Shown here piece by piece: positions 51,853-64,000 of a stretch of DNA of 64,000 nucleotides. The DNA comes from Octopus vulgaris (Eukaryota). Position numbers and translations under genes: made by a program. The notes under the pieces were generated by a model. That model worked only from the letters and a program-made list of their open reading frames with translations. It ran no database searches and was not told the DNA's origin. Position 1 is the first letter of the stretch. Each line of letters starts with the position of its first letter. The stretch covers positions 24,800,001-24,864,000 of the forward strand of contig OX597831.1 of NCBI GenBank assembly GCA_951406725.2, in the 5' to 3' direction.

Positions 51853-52419
51853 TTGGGTTGTCCGGAAAGTTCGTGCCGATTTTCAAAGTAAAGAGAAAGG
51901 TCAATAAATACTTGCCATTACATTTTTAATCAACCAAATATGAACCATTTTGTTGCACAATGTGTCTCCATCTTTCCTTTAACTTGAAAATACCCTCTTC
52001 CCAGAATTGAGGTGGTTTCATGGCAAAGAATTCATCATGGTATCTTTTTTACATCATCCAAGGAATTTAAATTTTTACCATTAAAACTATTCTGCAGAGA
52101 CCTGAATAAGTGGAAATCCAAAGGAGCAATATCTGATGAATATGGAGGATGGGGTAACACATCCCAGCCGAGCTGTAGCAATTTTTGCCTGGGTCCCAAA
52201 GCATCAAGTGCCGAAAATGAACTTTATCTTCCATTTTAAAGGGCTACAGAATTACCACAGGTTATAGGAACATAAACCTTCTTCAACGAAAAGATAGCTT
52301 AAACTGTGCTCTAAATGGAGATGTAGTCAAATCCTATTTTTATGTGGACTCAACCATGTTCTAAAATAAGTCAAAATGTAAGCTACTATAAATCGGCATG
52401 AACTTTCCAGACAACCCAA
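51853..52419 (-). mobile_element. Mariner element, internally deleted
   Basis: TIRs of about 30 bp (TTGGGTTGTCCGGAAAGTTCGTGCCGATTT / AAATCGGCATGAACTTTCCAGACAACCCAA) with TA TSD. Minus strand MEDKVHFRHLM joins the C-terminal WDVLPHPPYSSDIAPLDFHLFRSL...ERWRHIVQQNGSYLVD*. Confidence 0.92.
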
Positions 52420-52792
52420 TAAAAGGGGTTTCTAACCATAACAGCTACATCTTTTCGTATACTAGGATGTCTTTCTTTATTCAATCCTTTTAATATCAAC
52501 CAGCCTGAAACTATTTGTGGTTCTGTGATAGAAATTTCCTGTTTTAATATGATCTAAATTAAAAATCTATCAAACTTCCATCTTAATTTATATTATACTC
52601 AGCATTTTAATAATGACGTTATTTTAATTTCTCCATTATTTTAAAAATTAAATTAAAGGCTGTGTATTTCGACAGAAATATCCTTAAAAAACAGTTAAGA
52701 TATTAGTTTGTGATTTGAAAGAAATTTGTCTGTCACCTCTTACAAGCTAAGTGCCCACATATATAGAAGACCTCTCATTGGTATATGTTCAA

Positions 52793-53200
52793 CGTGGCTG
52801 TGTGGTAAGAAGCTTGCTTCCCAACTATATGGTTCCAGGTTTAATTCCCCTGTATGGAACCATGGGCAAAGTGTCTTCTACTACAGCTTCAGGCCAACCA
52901 AAGCCTTGTGAGTGGATTTGGTAAATGGAAATTGAAAGAAGGCCATCATATGAGTGTGTGTGTGTGTGTGTGTGTGTGTGCACGTGCGTGTCTGTGTTTG
53001 TCCCCTGCCACAGCTTCACAACCAGTGCTGGTGTGTTTACATCCCCATAACTTAGCAGTTCAGCAAAACAGACAAATAGAATAATTATCAAGCTTAAAAA
53101 AGATTAGTACTGGGGTCGATTCATTTAACAAAAAATTCTCTGAGGCAATGCTCCAGCATGACCGCAGTCTAAAGATTGAAAGAAGTATAAGATAAAAAAA
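52793..53200 (+). mobile_element. SINE family A, diverged
   Basis: Head, core and tail recognisable. Confidence 0.8.
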
Positions 53201-53229
53201 GATGAAAGGAGTATAAAAATATTATATAT

Positions 53230-53433
53230 GGCGTTAGGAAGGGCATTTTGGCGTTAGGAAGGGCATTTTGGCGTTAGTAAGGGCATTGGCATTAGGAAGG
53301 GCATCCAGCTGTAGAAACACTGCCAGATCAGACTGGGCCTAGCACAGCCTATTGGCTCCCCAGACCCCAGTTGAACCGTCCAACCCATGCTAGCATGGAA
53401 AACGGACGTTAAACGATGATGATGATGATGATG
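53230..53433 (+). mobile_element. Family D retroposon, 5-prime truncated, with (GAT)n tail
   Basis: Reverse complement of the 30871-31020 segment; 5-prime 20-mer reiterated four times. Confidence 0.85.
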
Positions 53434-53834
53434 AATAGATTAAAATTTCAGACATGGCTATGAAATTAAAGTGATCACAAAATTTTGGGTGAAACTCACA
53501 AAGTTCTACCTAAATGCTTTCTGCCTTAGCCGGAGGTTGATTTAAGCCTTGTAAATGAAATTTGTTAGATGCAAACTGTGTAGTGGTTCTGCTGGAAGGA
53601 TGCTTCTTATTATTGTACGATAGACATAATCTGTGATCTGCTTAATTCTTTTGGTACCAACTTGTCTGACACTGCCCTTGAAAATTATCTACTGGCTAAA
53701 TTTGACGATTTTTAAGTCTCTTTTTTTCAGGAGTAGCTTGATGTTTTGGTGAACAGTAAGTGGTGTTGGAGAGAATAACGATTAGAGTTATAATTGAGTG
53801 AAAGATAGCTAATATGGAATGAATGGGAGCCATC

Positions 53835-54492
53835 TAAATATTGGAAAAGAATTACTGGTATCATGATGATTTGCACCAAGTACCGAAATTCCAACATCAT
53901 GACTGCTGCTGAATGCTCTGTGAACACTGTAAAGGCTGTAGGATGTGACAGGGACAGCTGCAATGGAAACTATGAAGCTATGGCCTGCAGGAAGGGACAC
54001 TGTAGGAAGGGACACAAGAAAGGTTCACAGAAAGAAAGGACACAGCAGGGATTCTGATTGCATCCACATGTTGGAATTCAACCAACAACTATAGGAACAG
54101 AGCCTTTGGCTCAATTCAGATGGCTATTTATGCTGCTGGAGACTGTAGTCAAAATCTGATCAGAGAGGGTTGCTGCTGGAAGATCATGTGTGGGGCAGCA
54201 GGATTCGACTCCTTGTCTTGAACCTCTGGGAAGAGTCAGAAGAGGTTGTAGGAGAATTTCTACAACTTTACCAGTCCCCAATTTCTAGCCTTCTCTTTCT
54301 CCTAATTGTAATTCCATGGTGTAGGGTGAGCTTAAGAAAGACACCATCTGCTCTATCTACAACACCAAGCTGAGCTGGTAGCCAAAGAGATATTTGAAGA
54401 ACTTCCCAGGGATACAGTGAGAAAAGCATGTTCCAGGTTCTGAAGCTGTCTTCAGGTTATGATGGAAGCTAAGGGTGGCTACTTTGAGAAAA
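53835..54492 (+). pseudogene. Decayed Tc1/mariner (maT-like) transposase, internally deleted
   Basis: Broken frames give LETVVK..RVAAGR..QQDSTPC..SGKSQK.L.ENFYNFTSPNF*P..SPNCN and PRDTVRKACSRF*SCL..MEAKGGYFE. These match the QQDxAP, WPPNSPD and ACxRFRxRLEAVIEAxGGYxE motifs. Confidence 0.75.
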
Positions 54493-54589
54493 CTGTTACA
54501 TCTCCCACCAATAATCTAGCTGGTATTTTTTGACTTTTTAAAACACTTTTATTTTTGGATGGGATTATGTGACTTCTTTTCCTTTTATG

Positions 54590-54751
54590 CAAACTATCAA
54601 AGTTAGCCCAAACTCCCTAGTTTCCAGTTAGTTTTGTGTTTCAAACACTAGCTTGATCATGACAAAGTTATTTTAATATATTCATTATTCTCAAAATTAA
54701 TTGAAATAAAGGCAGTGTATTTCAACACAAATATGGTAAGCAAAGGGTTAA
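54590..54751. mobile_element. piggyBac-like MITE right half (left end probably at about 53642-53680)
   Basis: Ends AAAGGG|TTAA; similar to the degenerate copy at about 52482-52698. Confidence 0.45.
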
Positions 54752-56064
54752 ACACCATCACCGGGGTCTTTTTATTTAGTGTTTTCTCTTCACAGCCAAA
54801 GGTCTGTTCAGGCTTGGTCTTCTAAGAACAACTCCCTTTCATCCTCTCACTAGTTTTGGAGTCCCTGAGAATCTGCTGACCTTCCTCGTCTGACTAAGCC
54901 ACTAACAACAAAAAGAAACATCATGTATAAATATGCAACAACAACAACAGCAAAAATGACAATCAGTTACAACAACAACAGCAACAATAAACATCACTAT
55001 ATGTTAACAATTCCTGTATTTGTAGTTCAAATGTAAAAATAATATTAGATAGGAAATTTTTGAAAAATAAATTAGTGAATGTTAAAAAATATAGATAAAA
55101 ATATTTGAAAGCAATTTTAAATCAAAGACTGATATCTTATTTGTATTGTAAGATAAAGAAAAGTGTGTGCTTGTGTGTATGAATACACAGACACATGTGT
55201 GAGTGTATGCTTATGTATTCCTGTTTGTGAGTTTATTGATTTTTGATCGGAAGTGTATCCTATATGCAGAGCATGTAAGAGTCATTGTAAGTGTGTGTAT
55301 TCAACATATACACATAAAAATAGAGGGTACTTTTCTTCCTTCTCTCTCTCCTCTGATTATTTGTTCACCATCCCTCTAAATTACATAGAACCAATCTTAA
55401 ATAAATATCTTGAGGAATCTTGATGGATTCTTTCATTTATCAACAAACTTTTATTTTTTGTAAAAACAGAAATCTTTGTGTCAGTGATTTAACTCATTGA
55501 GAATTATTCATTAATACAATAAACACAGTTCCAGAGTAACATGCTTCCATACTTCTATACTTCCATACTTCCACCCATTTCTTACATCTACTTTACTATT
55601 TTATTGGTTTTTGTCATTTTGGTTATGTTCCATGCTGGCTGATATCCATGGGTTAAGGATACAAATATCAAGTGATCATTTACAAATTGTTTCTTTTTTA
55701 TTATAATTCTGTTTTCACAATATTTATGTTACAGAAACACGTCTCAGCCTTGCTTTTACATGACTAATATTTCAAGACCCATTCTCTCTAAATGCAACTT
55801 TCACATTAATTCAAATAAGCATTCATAAAAATTACCTTCTCTTTCTAATTCTCCTTGTTTTAAATAAAAACTTGTATTTCAAAACTTATAGTTATGTGTA
55901 AAAGAAATTTGCTTTACAATCATAGAGGTCTCTGTTTGAGTCTACTGAGTAAAACCTTGGGCAAGTGTCTTCTACTGCAGCCTCAGTTAATAAATACCTT
56001 GTGAGTAAAATAGGTAAACATAAACTATAAAGAAGCCCACTGTACATATATATATATATAAGAG

Positions 56065-56289
56065 GGCGGTGAGCTGGCACAGTCGTTAGCATGCCGGGCG
56101 AAATGCTTAGCGGTATTTCGTCTGTCGTTACGTTCTGAGTTCAAATTCCGCTGAGGTTGACTTTGCCTTTCATCCTCTCGGGGTCGATAAATAAAGTACC
56201 AGTTTCGCACTGTGTCGATGCCATCGACTTAATCCCCTTGTCTGTCCTTGTTTGTCCCCTCTATGTTTAGCCCCTTGTGGGTAGTAAAG

Positions 56290-56293
<4 letters not shown>
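56065..56293 (+). mobile_element. SINE family B inserted in the (TA)n of a family A remnant
   Basis: Young full-length copy. Confidence 0.9.
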
Positions 56294-56334
<41 letters not shown>

Positions 56335-56832
56335 TATATCATCATCATCATCATCATAATCATCGTTTAAGGTCTACTTTAGTTGCTGGCATGAGTTGGT
56401 TGGCTTGACTGAGGACTAGCAAACTGGGAGGCTGCACCAGGGACCAGTCTGATCTGGCAAGGTTTCTACAGCTGGATGCCCTTCCTAATGCCAATCACTC
56501 CAAAAGCATCCCAACCATGACTATCCATTTCAGTCAAAGGATATAGTAGTTCTAGAAGCACTCTGTATCCTTGTTTTTATAAAACCTCATTCAGTGTAAT
56601 TTGATATGTCGGTCATAATCAGCATTTCCCTATAATCTGTCTATCAGGTAACCTTGTTAATTATTACTTAAGATGTTACTCAAATTAAGTATTTAAATTT
56701 TATCTCTGTTATCATAACTGTAATGATTTGTCTTAAATTAATTCATCACTCACTTAGTCATAGATAGATAGGTTATTCAATTAATATCTATCGCGGTTCT
56801 GGAATTTGGGACAAGAATTACATCATGATTAA

Positions 56833-57250
56833 GGCGGTGAGCTGGCAGAAACGTTAGCACGCTGGGCAAAATGCTTAGTGGTATTTCGTCTGCCGCTACG
56901 TTCGGAGTTCAAATTCTGCCGAGGTCGACTTTGCCTTTCATCCTTTCGGGGTCAATAAATTAAGCACCAGTTACACACAGGGGGTCAATGTAATTGACTT
57001 AATCCGTTTGTCCTTGTTTGTCCTCTCTGTGTTTAGCTCCTTGTGGGCAGTAAAGAAACAGGTATTTTGTCTGCCGCTACGTTCTGAGTTCAAATTCTGC
57101 CGAGGTCGACTTTGCCTTTCATCCTTTCAGGGTCAATTAAATAAGTACCTGTTACACACTGGAGGCGATATAATCAACTTAATCTGTTTGTCTGTCCTTG
57201 TTTGCCCCCTCTGTGTTTAGCCCGTTGTGGGCAATAAAGAAATAAGAAAT
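56833..57250 (+). mobile_element. SINE family B dimer (full unit plus headless unit)
   Basis: Second unit restarts at GGTATTTTGTCTGCC (57061). The whole dimer is flanked by AAGAATTACATC. Confidence 0.9.
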
Positions 57251-57804
57251 AAGAATTACATCTTGAATCAAATTATGAATTAACTGCTCAACTGTTAAAA
57301 TGAATTGCATTAGATCCCTTTTTAATGACAGTATATCTAACAAAATAACACGATTTTTAAAAGAATTTGTACCCACCTTAAATATTATTCTGATTGTTAT
57401 GATACTATCAACGATTTTATGCAAATCTTTACTGTGTCATTAGCAGTTCCCCTATGTTCTTCAGTTGTGAACAGCATAGCTGATTGGCAAATAGATATTA
57501 AAGCACATGGCATATCCTGTGTTTTTATGTTACATTCACTCAGCTTTGATTTGGAATTTTAGTGTTTCATCTGTTTGTTGTGAAGAATATGTGCAGTTTG
57601 AGTTGTGTTGTAGTGTTTTGAATGGTTATTGCATAAAGTGAAGTGAAGTGTGACTTGTGTAATGATATGTTACAGTACAAGGCCATCATTATGAGCAGAA
57701 TGCATTGTTTTATACTATTGTGTGATCTTTGTGTTTAGTGCATGTTGTGTGGGTTGCATTATATGCTTTAATATCTAGTTGCACCTTCATCATTACATGG
57801 TTTT

Positions 57805-58450
57805 GTAGTTAGGATATTTGGCTCATGATCATAAGGTTGTGTGTTCAATTCCTGGCAATGTTTTGGGTTCTTGAGCAAGACCCTTTATTTCATGTTGCTC
57901 CAGTCCACTCAGCTGGCAAAAATGAGTTGTACCTGTATATCAAAGGGCTAACCTTGTCACACTTTGTGTCACAATGAATCTTCTTGAAAACTATGTTAAG
58001 GGTACATGTGTCTGTGGTACAGACTACGAAAACTATGTTAAGGGTACATACTATGAAAACTATGTTAAGAGTACAGACTATGAAAACTATGTTAAGGGTA
58101 CATACTATGAAAACTATGTTAAGGGTACATACTATGAAAACTATGTTAAGGGTGCATACTATGAAAACTATGTTAAGGGTACAGACTATGAAAACTATGT
58201 TAAGGGTACATACTATGAAAACTATGTTAAGGGTACATACTATGAAAACTATGTTAAGGGTACAGACTATGAAAACTACGTTAAGGGTACATACTATGAA
58301 AACTATGTTAAGGGTACATACTATGAAAACTATGTTAAGGGTACATGTGTCTGTCAAATGCTCAGCCACTTGCATGTTAATTTCACAAGCAGGCTGTTTC
58401 ATTGATCAGATCGACTGGAACCCTTACATTGTAAATGACAGAAGTCTAGT
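57805..58450 (+). mobile_element. SINE family C containing a 27-bp minisatellite
   Basis: Family C sequence on both sides of the array at 57986-58345. Confidence 0.85.
57986..58345. repeat. 27-bp tandem repeat, 13 copies
   Basis: Unit GAAAACTATGTTAAGGGTACA(T/G)ACTAT; no unique spacers. Confidence 0.95.
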
Positions 58451-58673
58451 GTCGTTATATGATGAAGGTATTACTGATAGGCTTATGTGAGGGATGTATT
58501 AGGCTCAGGCAAATTTACTGAAATGTGAGTATGAGTGGCCCATGTTGAAAGGCTTACTGTGAGCATGTGGTCATAGAATGGCAAACACAGCTCAGAGAAC
58601 ACTGCCCTTGGTATCTGGGATTTTCTGATTTGCCTTTGGTGGATGTCCTCCTGTTTGGACAACTTAGTTCATA

Positions 58674-59184
58674 TCTATATATATAAAACTGTAGTTGTGT
58701 GAGTGTCTGTCCCCTTCGATTTAGATTCCTAACTACTCCCACTTTTGCGGTGCAGTTTAACCAAATTCGAGTATCTTATAGTCGTGATTCATATCGAGCC
58801 CGTCTGAGTATTAGCGCGCATCTACAATGAGTCTACGATTTTAAAAATAATTTAACATCATTTTTTATTCCATTTTAATGCATAATTTTTCGGTGCTGAT
58901 GGCGGCGGAGTTGGCGTCCATGGTCACACCTGCACCTGTTTGCTTCTCCCCCTTCTTCCCTCCCTCATGAAGCTGTGGGGAAGGGAGTGTAAGGAAATCA
59001 ACGTCGTAAAGCATTGTCAAGGAGACCAGCGTTCTTTTAGAACAACGACTTCATGGCTTGAAGACACCAAAACAGAAATGGCTAAGAAAGCCCGAATTGG
59101 CATCTATAAGGGAAGTAACTCTCTAAAAATGCTTATATAGTTATTTCCCTTACAAACCCGAGCAACGCTGGGCGATACTGCTAG
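58674..59184 (+). mobile_element. Non-autonomous Helitron
   Basis: A|TCTATATATATAAAA start, subterminal hairpin CCCGAGCAACGCTGGG, CTAG|T end and no TSD. Confidence 0.85.
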
Positions 59185-59369
59185 TCTTGTATAAATTTCA
59201 TTTCCAGCACAGCTATCTTCCTGATTGATTCTGCATAATTTACCTCCTATACACGGAAACATATACACATGTACAATTTTTGTAATTTGTTCTTCTAATA
59301 TCCTTCTAAACTATTTATTTTGTGCAAAATAGAAACAATAATAATAACAGCAACAACAATAATAATAAT

Positions 59370-60395
59370 AATCCTTACTACTAAAGGCACAAAGCCTGAA
59401 ATTTTGTGGGAGGGAACTGGTTGACTACATTCACTTCAGTGTTTCAATGGTTCTTAATTTATTAATCATCAAAGAATAAAAGCAAAGTCAACCTCAGTAG
59501 AATTTGAACTCAGAACTTAAAGACAGACGAAATGCTGTTAAGCATGTAGCCAAATGTGCTAACAATTCTGCCAGCTCATCACCTTAATAATGGTTTCAAA
59601 TTTTGGCACAAGGCCAGCAATTTTAAGTGGCAATAATTATTATAATAACAATCATTTCTAATTTATGCAAAAAGCTAGAAATTATGAAGTCAGTTGAAGT
59701 AAGTTGATATCAACCCCCATTAGCTAACTGGTACTTTATTTCATTGAAGGTGGTGAGCTGGCAGAAATGTTAGCCTGCTAGGCGAAATGCTTAGCGGTAT
59801 TTCGTCTGCCGCTACGTTCTGAGTTCAAATTCCACCGAGGTCGACTTTGCCTTTCATCCTTTCGGGGTCGATTAAATAAGTACCAGTTACACACTGGGGG
59901 TCGATATAATTGACTTAATCTGTTTGTCTGTCCTTGTTTGTCCCCTTTATGTTTAGCCCCTCGTGCTACATGCCAAGGCGGCGAGCTGGCAGAAACGTTA
60001 GCACGCTGGGCGAAATGCATAGCCGTATTTCGTCTGTCGTTAGGTTGTGAGTTCAAATTCCACCGAGGTCGACTTTGCCTTTCATCCTTTCGGGGGTCAA
60101 TTAAATAAGTACCAGTTACGCACTGGATTCGATGCAATCGACTTAATACCTATGTCTGTCCTTGTTTGTCCCCTCTATGTTTAGCCCCTTGTGGGTAATA
60201 AAGAAATAGGTATTTCGTCTGCCACTATGTTCTGAGTTCAAATTCCACCGAGGTCGACTTTGCCTTTCATCCTTTCAGGGGTTGATTAAATAAGTACCAG
60301 TTACACACTGGGGTCGATATAATCGACTTAATCCGTTGGTCTGTCCGTGTTTGTCCTCTCTATGTTTAGCCTCTTGTGGGTAGTAAATAAATAGG
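59370..60395. mobile_element. Cluster of family B SINEs (minus-strand remnants 59370-59745; plus-strand units 59749-59965, 59977-60208, 60209-60395)
   Basis: Repeated family B cores. Confidence 0.9.
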
Positions 60396-60924
60396 TACTT
60401 TATTTCATAGATCTCAAAAAGATGAGATGCAAAGTTAGCCGTGATATGATTTGAACACAAAATGCTACATGCCAAAACAATTATGGCAATTCATTTTTTT
60501 CCTAGTGTTCCAACGATTTTGCTCATCCATTTTTGAAAAATTTTTCTTTTCTTTTTTTTATTTACTTTTTAAGACAAGACAGTCTTTCTTTCCTTGCCTT
60601 TGTGAGAGTCAGCTTGTTCATTTTCTAATATATTTGTTAACACTCCTTATAGCTAACTCACTTGTTATAAATAATTCAGTGCTTTTCTTTTTATATATAT
60701 ATTTTCTCCTAGTTTTTGTTTTGTTTTTTGTTGTTGTTGTTGTTGGTTTTCGCTTTTTTTTTTGTGTGTGGTTTATGAGCCACGAGGGAGGTGCAGTTTT
60801 GCATTTCTGCATTTTTAAAAGAATAAAATCAAACAGATAATTAATTTTTGCAAAAAAAATGTCAATAAATATTTTTATATTTTGTTACAAAGGTCATTAT
60901 AAATTCTGTCAGTAAACCATTCTT

Positions 60925-61215
<291 letters not shown>

Positions 61216-61859
61216 TTTGTATTAGAATCTTCTTCAGAAGCTATGATGAAATCTAAGGTTATATTGTATTTTTAAACTATGGTATAGAGACGTTATTAAA
61301 AACCAATAAATTTTTCCTGCTATTGATTTCAATGGCAAGACAGATTTTGAATAATTAATTTGTAAAGTTCTCTTACTAAGAGGAAAAAAAAAAACTGAAA
61401 AAATAAAAATTTAAAATCTATATAGCCTTCATCATTATCACTATCCCCCCATTACCATCAATATTATCATCATCGTCATTAATCATCATCATCATCATTT
61501 TTTTCTATGCAGGCATGGTTTGGACAGGTCTGCAATTGAGCATTTCTCCATCGATCTTGTTCCTGTGTCATTCCATCTGTGTGAGCCAACCAGCCTCCCC
61601 TTTCCTCATATTAAAGGGAGTTAACAAGGAAGGATTACGTTTGGAAATAGAAATTTTTTTGTTTTTTCTTTTTCTTTTTGAAAAAAAAAAAAAAACAGAC
61701 AGAAGCCATGAGTACATCAGACGGGACACTATGAACCGAAGAAGAGCCATCGACGCAGTCACTCAAACTCTTATAAACAGTTAAATCCCCTTGAAATTAC
61801 ATCCTAATATCTTAAAAAATGAAGACAGATAAGATAATGTAGTCATATACATATATATA

Positions 61860-62260
61860 GGCGCAGGAGTGGCTGTGTGGTAAGTAGCTTGCTAACCAAC
61901 CACATGGTTCCGGGTTCAGTCCCACTGCGTGGTATCTTGGGCAAGTGTCTTCTGCTATAGCCCTGGGTCGACCAATGCCTTGTGAGTGGATTTGGTAGAC
62001 AGAAACTGAAAGAAGCCTGTCGTATATATGTATATGTATATATGTATGTGTGTGTGTTTGTGTGCCTGTATTTGTTCCCCTAGCATTGCTTGACAACCGA
62101 TGCTGGTGTGTTTACGTCCCCGTCACTCAGCGGTTCAGCAAAAGAGACCGATAGAATAAGTACTGAGCGTACAAAAAGAATAAGTCCCAGGGTCGAGTTG
62201 CTCGACTAAAGGCGGTGCTCCAGCATGGCTGCAGTCAAATGATTGAAACAAGTAAAAGAG
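61860..62260 (+). mobile_element. SINE family A, full length
   Basis: GGCGCAGGAGTGGCTGTGTGGTAAG through GAAACAAGTAAAAGAG. Confidence 0.92.
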
Positions 62261-62291
62261 AAAGAGAGAATATCTATATATCTATATATTA

Positions 62292-62701
62292 CTCTTTTAC
62301 TTGTTTCAGTCATGTGACTGTGGCCATGCTGGAGCACCGCTTTTAGTCCCGCAAATCGACCCCAGAACTTATTCTTTGTAAGCCTAGTACTTATTCTATC
62401 AGTCTCTTTTCCCAAACCGCTATGTTATGGGGACGTAAACACACTAGCATCGGTTGTCAAGCGATGTTGGGGTGGGGGTGGGGAGACAAACACAGACACA
62501 CAATCATATACACACACATGCATATATATGTACATATATACGACGGGCTTCTTTCAGTTTCCATCTATCAAATCCACTCAAGGGTTTGGTCAGCCCGAGG
62601 CTATAGTAGAAGACACTTGCCCAAGGTGCCACACAGTGGGACTGAACCCGGAACCATGTGGTTCATAAGCAAACTACTTACCACATAGCCACTCCTATGC
62701 C
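62292..62701 (-). mobile_element. SINE family A, full length, inverted relative to its neighbour
   Basis: Reverse-complement copy about 30 bp downstream of 61860-62260. Confidence 0.92.
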
Positions 62702-62733
<32 letters not shown>

Positions 62734-63041
62734 TGTATGTGTATATATGAAGACAGGATAAGCATGGCTGGAATATTTATAATAATAGGTCTGCTTGATC
62801 AAGGTTGACTTATGCCAAACAACAAATACAGCATCAATCACAGTAGATTCAGATAGTAGAATATGTTGGTTCCAAATATATCATAATAAAATATGTTACA
62901 AGGATGCAGAGGTAGTTTTAGAAATGTGGTAACAACTATGAAGAACTGTACAAATATAGGATTTCTAATTTTGGCATAGTAAAAATGTATAGGGTAGTTA
63001 CGAAACTATGTATATTTAGAATGTGCCAGTTTATCATTTTA

Positions 63042-63416
63042 CTAGCAGTATCGCCTGGTATTGCTCGGGTTTGTTTCGACCCTTTAGAATTAGAATTTTT
63101 ACATTATGTAGCTTGTTATTCTCTTTAAGTGAACATTTTTTCTGGTTGAAATACACCAAAAAATGGCGACACAGCAGTAAAAAAATCGTAAGAAATAGGG
63201 ATTTTCAGAGAAAAAAAGCACCTTTTTGATGTAAATAATTTTTGGTGTTAACATGGTCCGATTTGAATATTTTCTTCTACAGAATAAAGAGCATGCCTTC
63301 TTCTATCATACTCTCAATTTTGGCCAACTTGCACCACAGGGTCTCGGAGAAGATAGTGTTAGTTGAAGGCTACCAAACCTGCCACACACAGACAACTTCA
63401 GCTTTATATATATAGA
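63042..63416 (-). mobile_element. Non-autonomous Helitron
   Basis: Minus strand reads A|TCTATATATATAAAGCTG ... ACAAACCCGAGCAATACCAGGCGATACTGCTAG|T. Confidence 0.85.
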
Positions 63417-64000
63417 TTAGTGTGTCATGTGTTTGCTAAAGATCCTTCCCATCACTGCATTATCTATTTCTAGTTTTACTTAATTGGGATACAGGGGAAT
63501 CAAGTTTTCAAAAAAAATATCTTCTGACTTTGAGTCATCTGTCTTACCTGTTTGTCTGAATTAAACATTATTCAATTATATCTACTTCTCCTTCATACGA
63601 CTCTAAACTTGCTCGGTTAAAATTGCCACACTCATCACATTAACTATGTTGTCACTCCACTATATATATATTATTTAGTTGAGTTAATGCTTATTTTAGT
63701 TAATGTTAATATGTTTAATATAAAGAGCATTAAAATGCTAACTAGAAATGAACAAAAACAATATTAGATAATGACTGATACTAACTGAATTATTTCAGCA
63801 AGTACAGGAGACATTTTCACATGCATTTCATTTGTTATTATCATTTGATCAGTGTTGTATAGGCTTCTTCAGCGTATTTACCAAAGTATTGAAGTGGGGA
63901 GGAGAGATTTTGTAAGTAAATATATAAGATAGCACAATGGTTGACAGAAACATGGTATTGTTTAGAAAATAAATGTGTTATTTAGTTGATAAAACAAAAG

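Noticed and set aside
53863-54057. Cys-rich short ORF as a secreted peptide or toxin
   Set aside because: No signal peptide; it lies in line with decayed Tc1/mariner transposase motifs and is better read as its N-terminal remnant.
57986-58345. CRISPR-like array
   Set aside because: Units are contiguous with no unique spacers, derive from the host SINE, and no cas genes are present.

Overview
AT-rich eukaryotic non-coding DNA packed with microsatellites and transposon debris. The SINE families and the repeat landscape point to an octopus genome; this is an inference from recalled repeat sequences, not from a search. I can support no host protein-coding exon, tRNA or rRNA gene, or CRISPR array. 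Almost all listed ORFs are translations of (TA/TG)n, (ATT)n, (GATA)n or (GGT)n tracts or of SINEs. The window contains dozens of tRNA-derived SINEs from several families (labelled A, B, C, E and F here), a (GAT)n-tailed retroposon family (D), Dong/R4-like LINE fragments inside (TAA)n arrays, two hAT MITEs with 8-bp TSDs, a mariner deletion derivative, a decayed maT-like transposase, piggyBac-like MITEs, three Helitron-like non-autonomous elements and a probable solo LTR. The most interesting signal is a set of short (TA)n-embedded elements carrying minimal type I hammerhead ribozyme motifs of the kind known from Penelope-like elements. One forms a perfect 351-bp palindrome (5731-6081) with a hammerhead on each strand. 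Also notable are a hAT MITE that closely resembles primate MER1A/Charlie3, two GC-rich islands with RNA-structure signatures, and several SINE-born tandem arrays.
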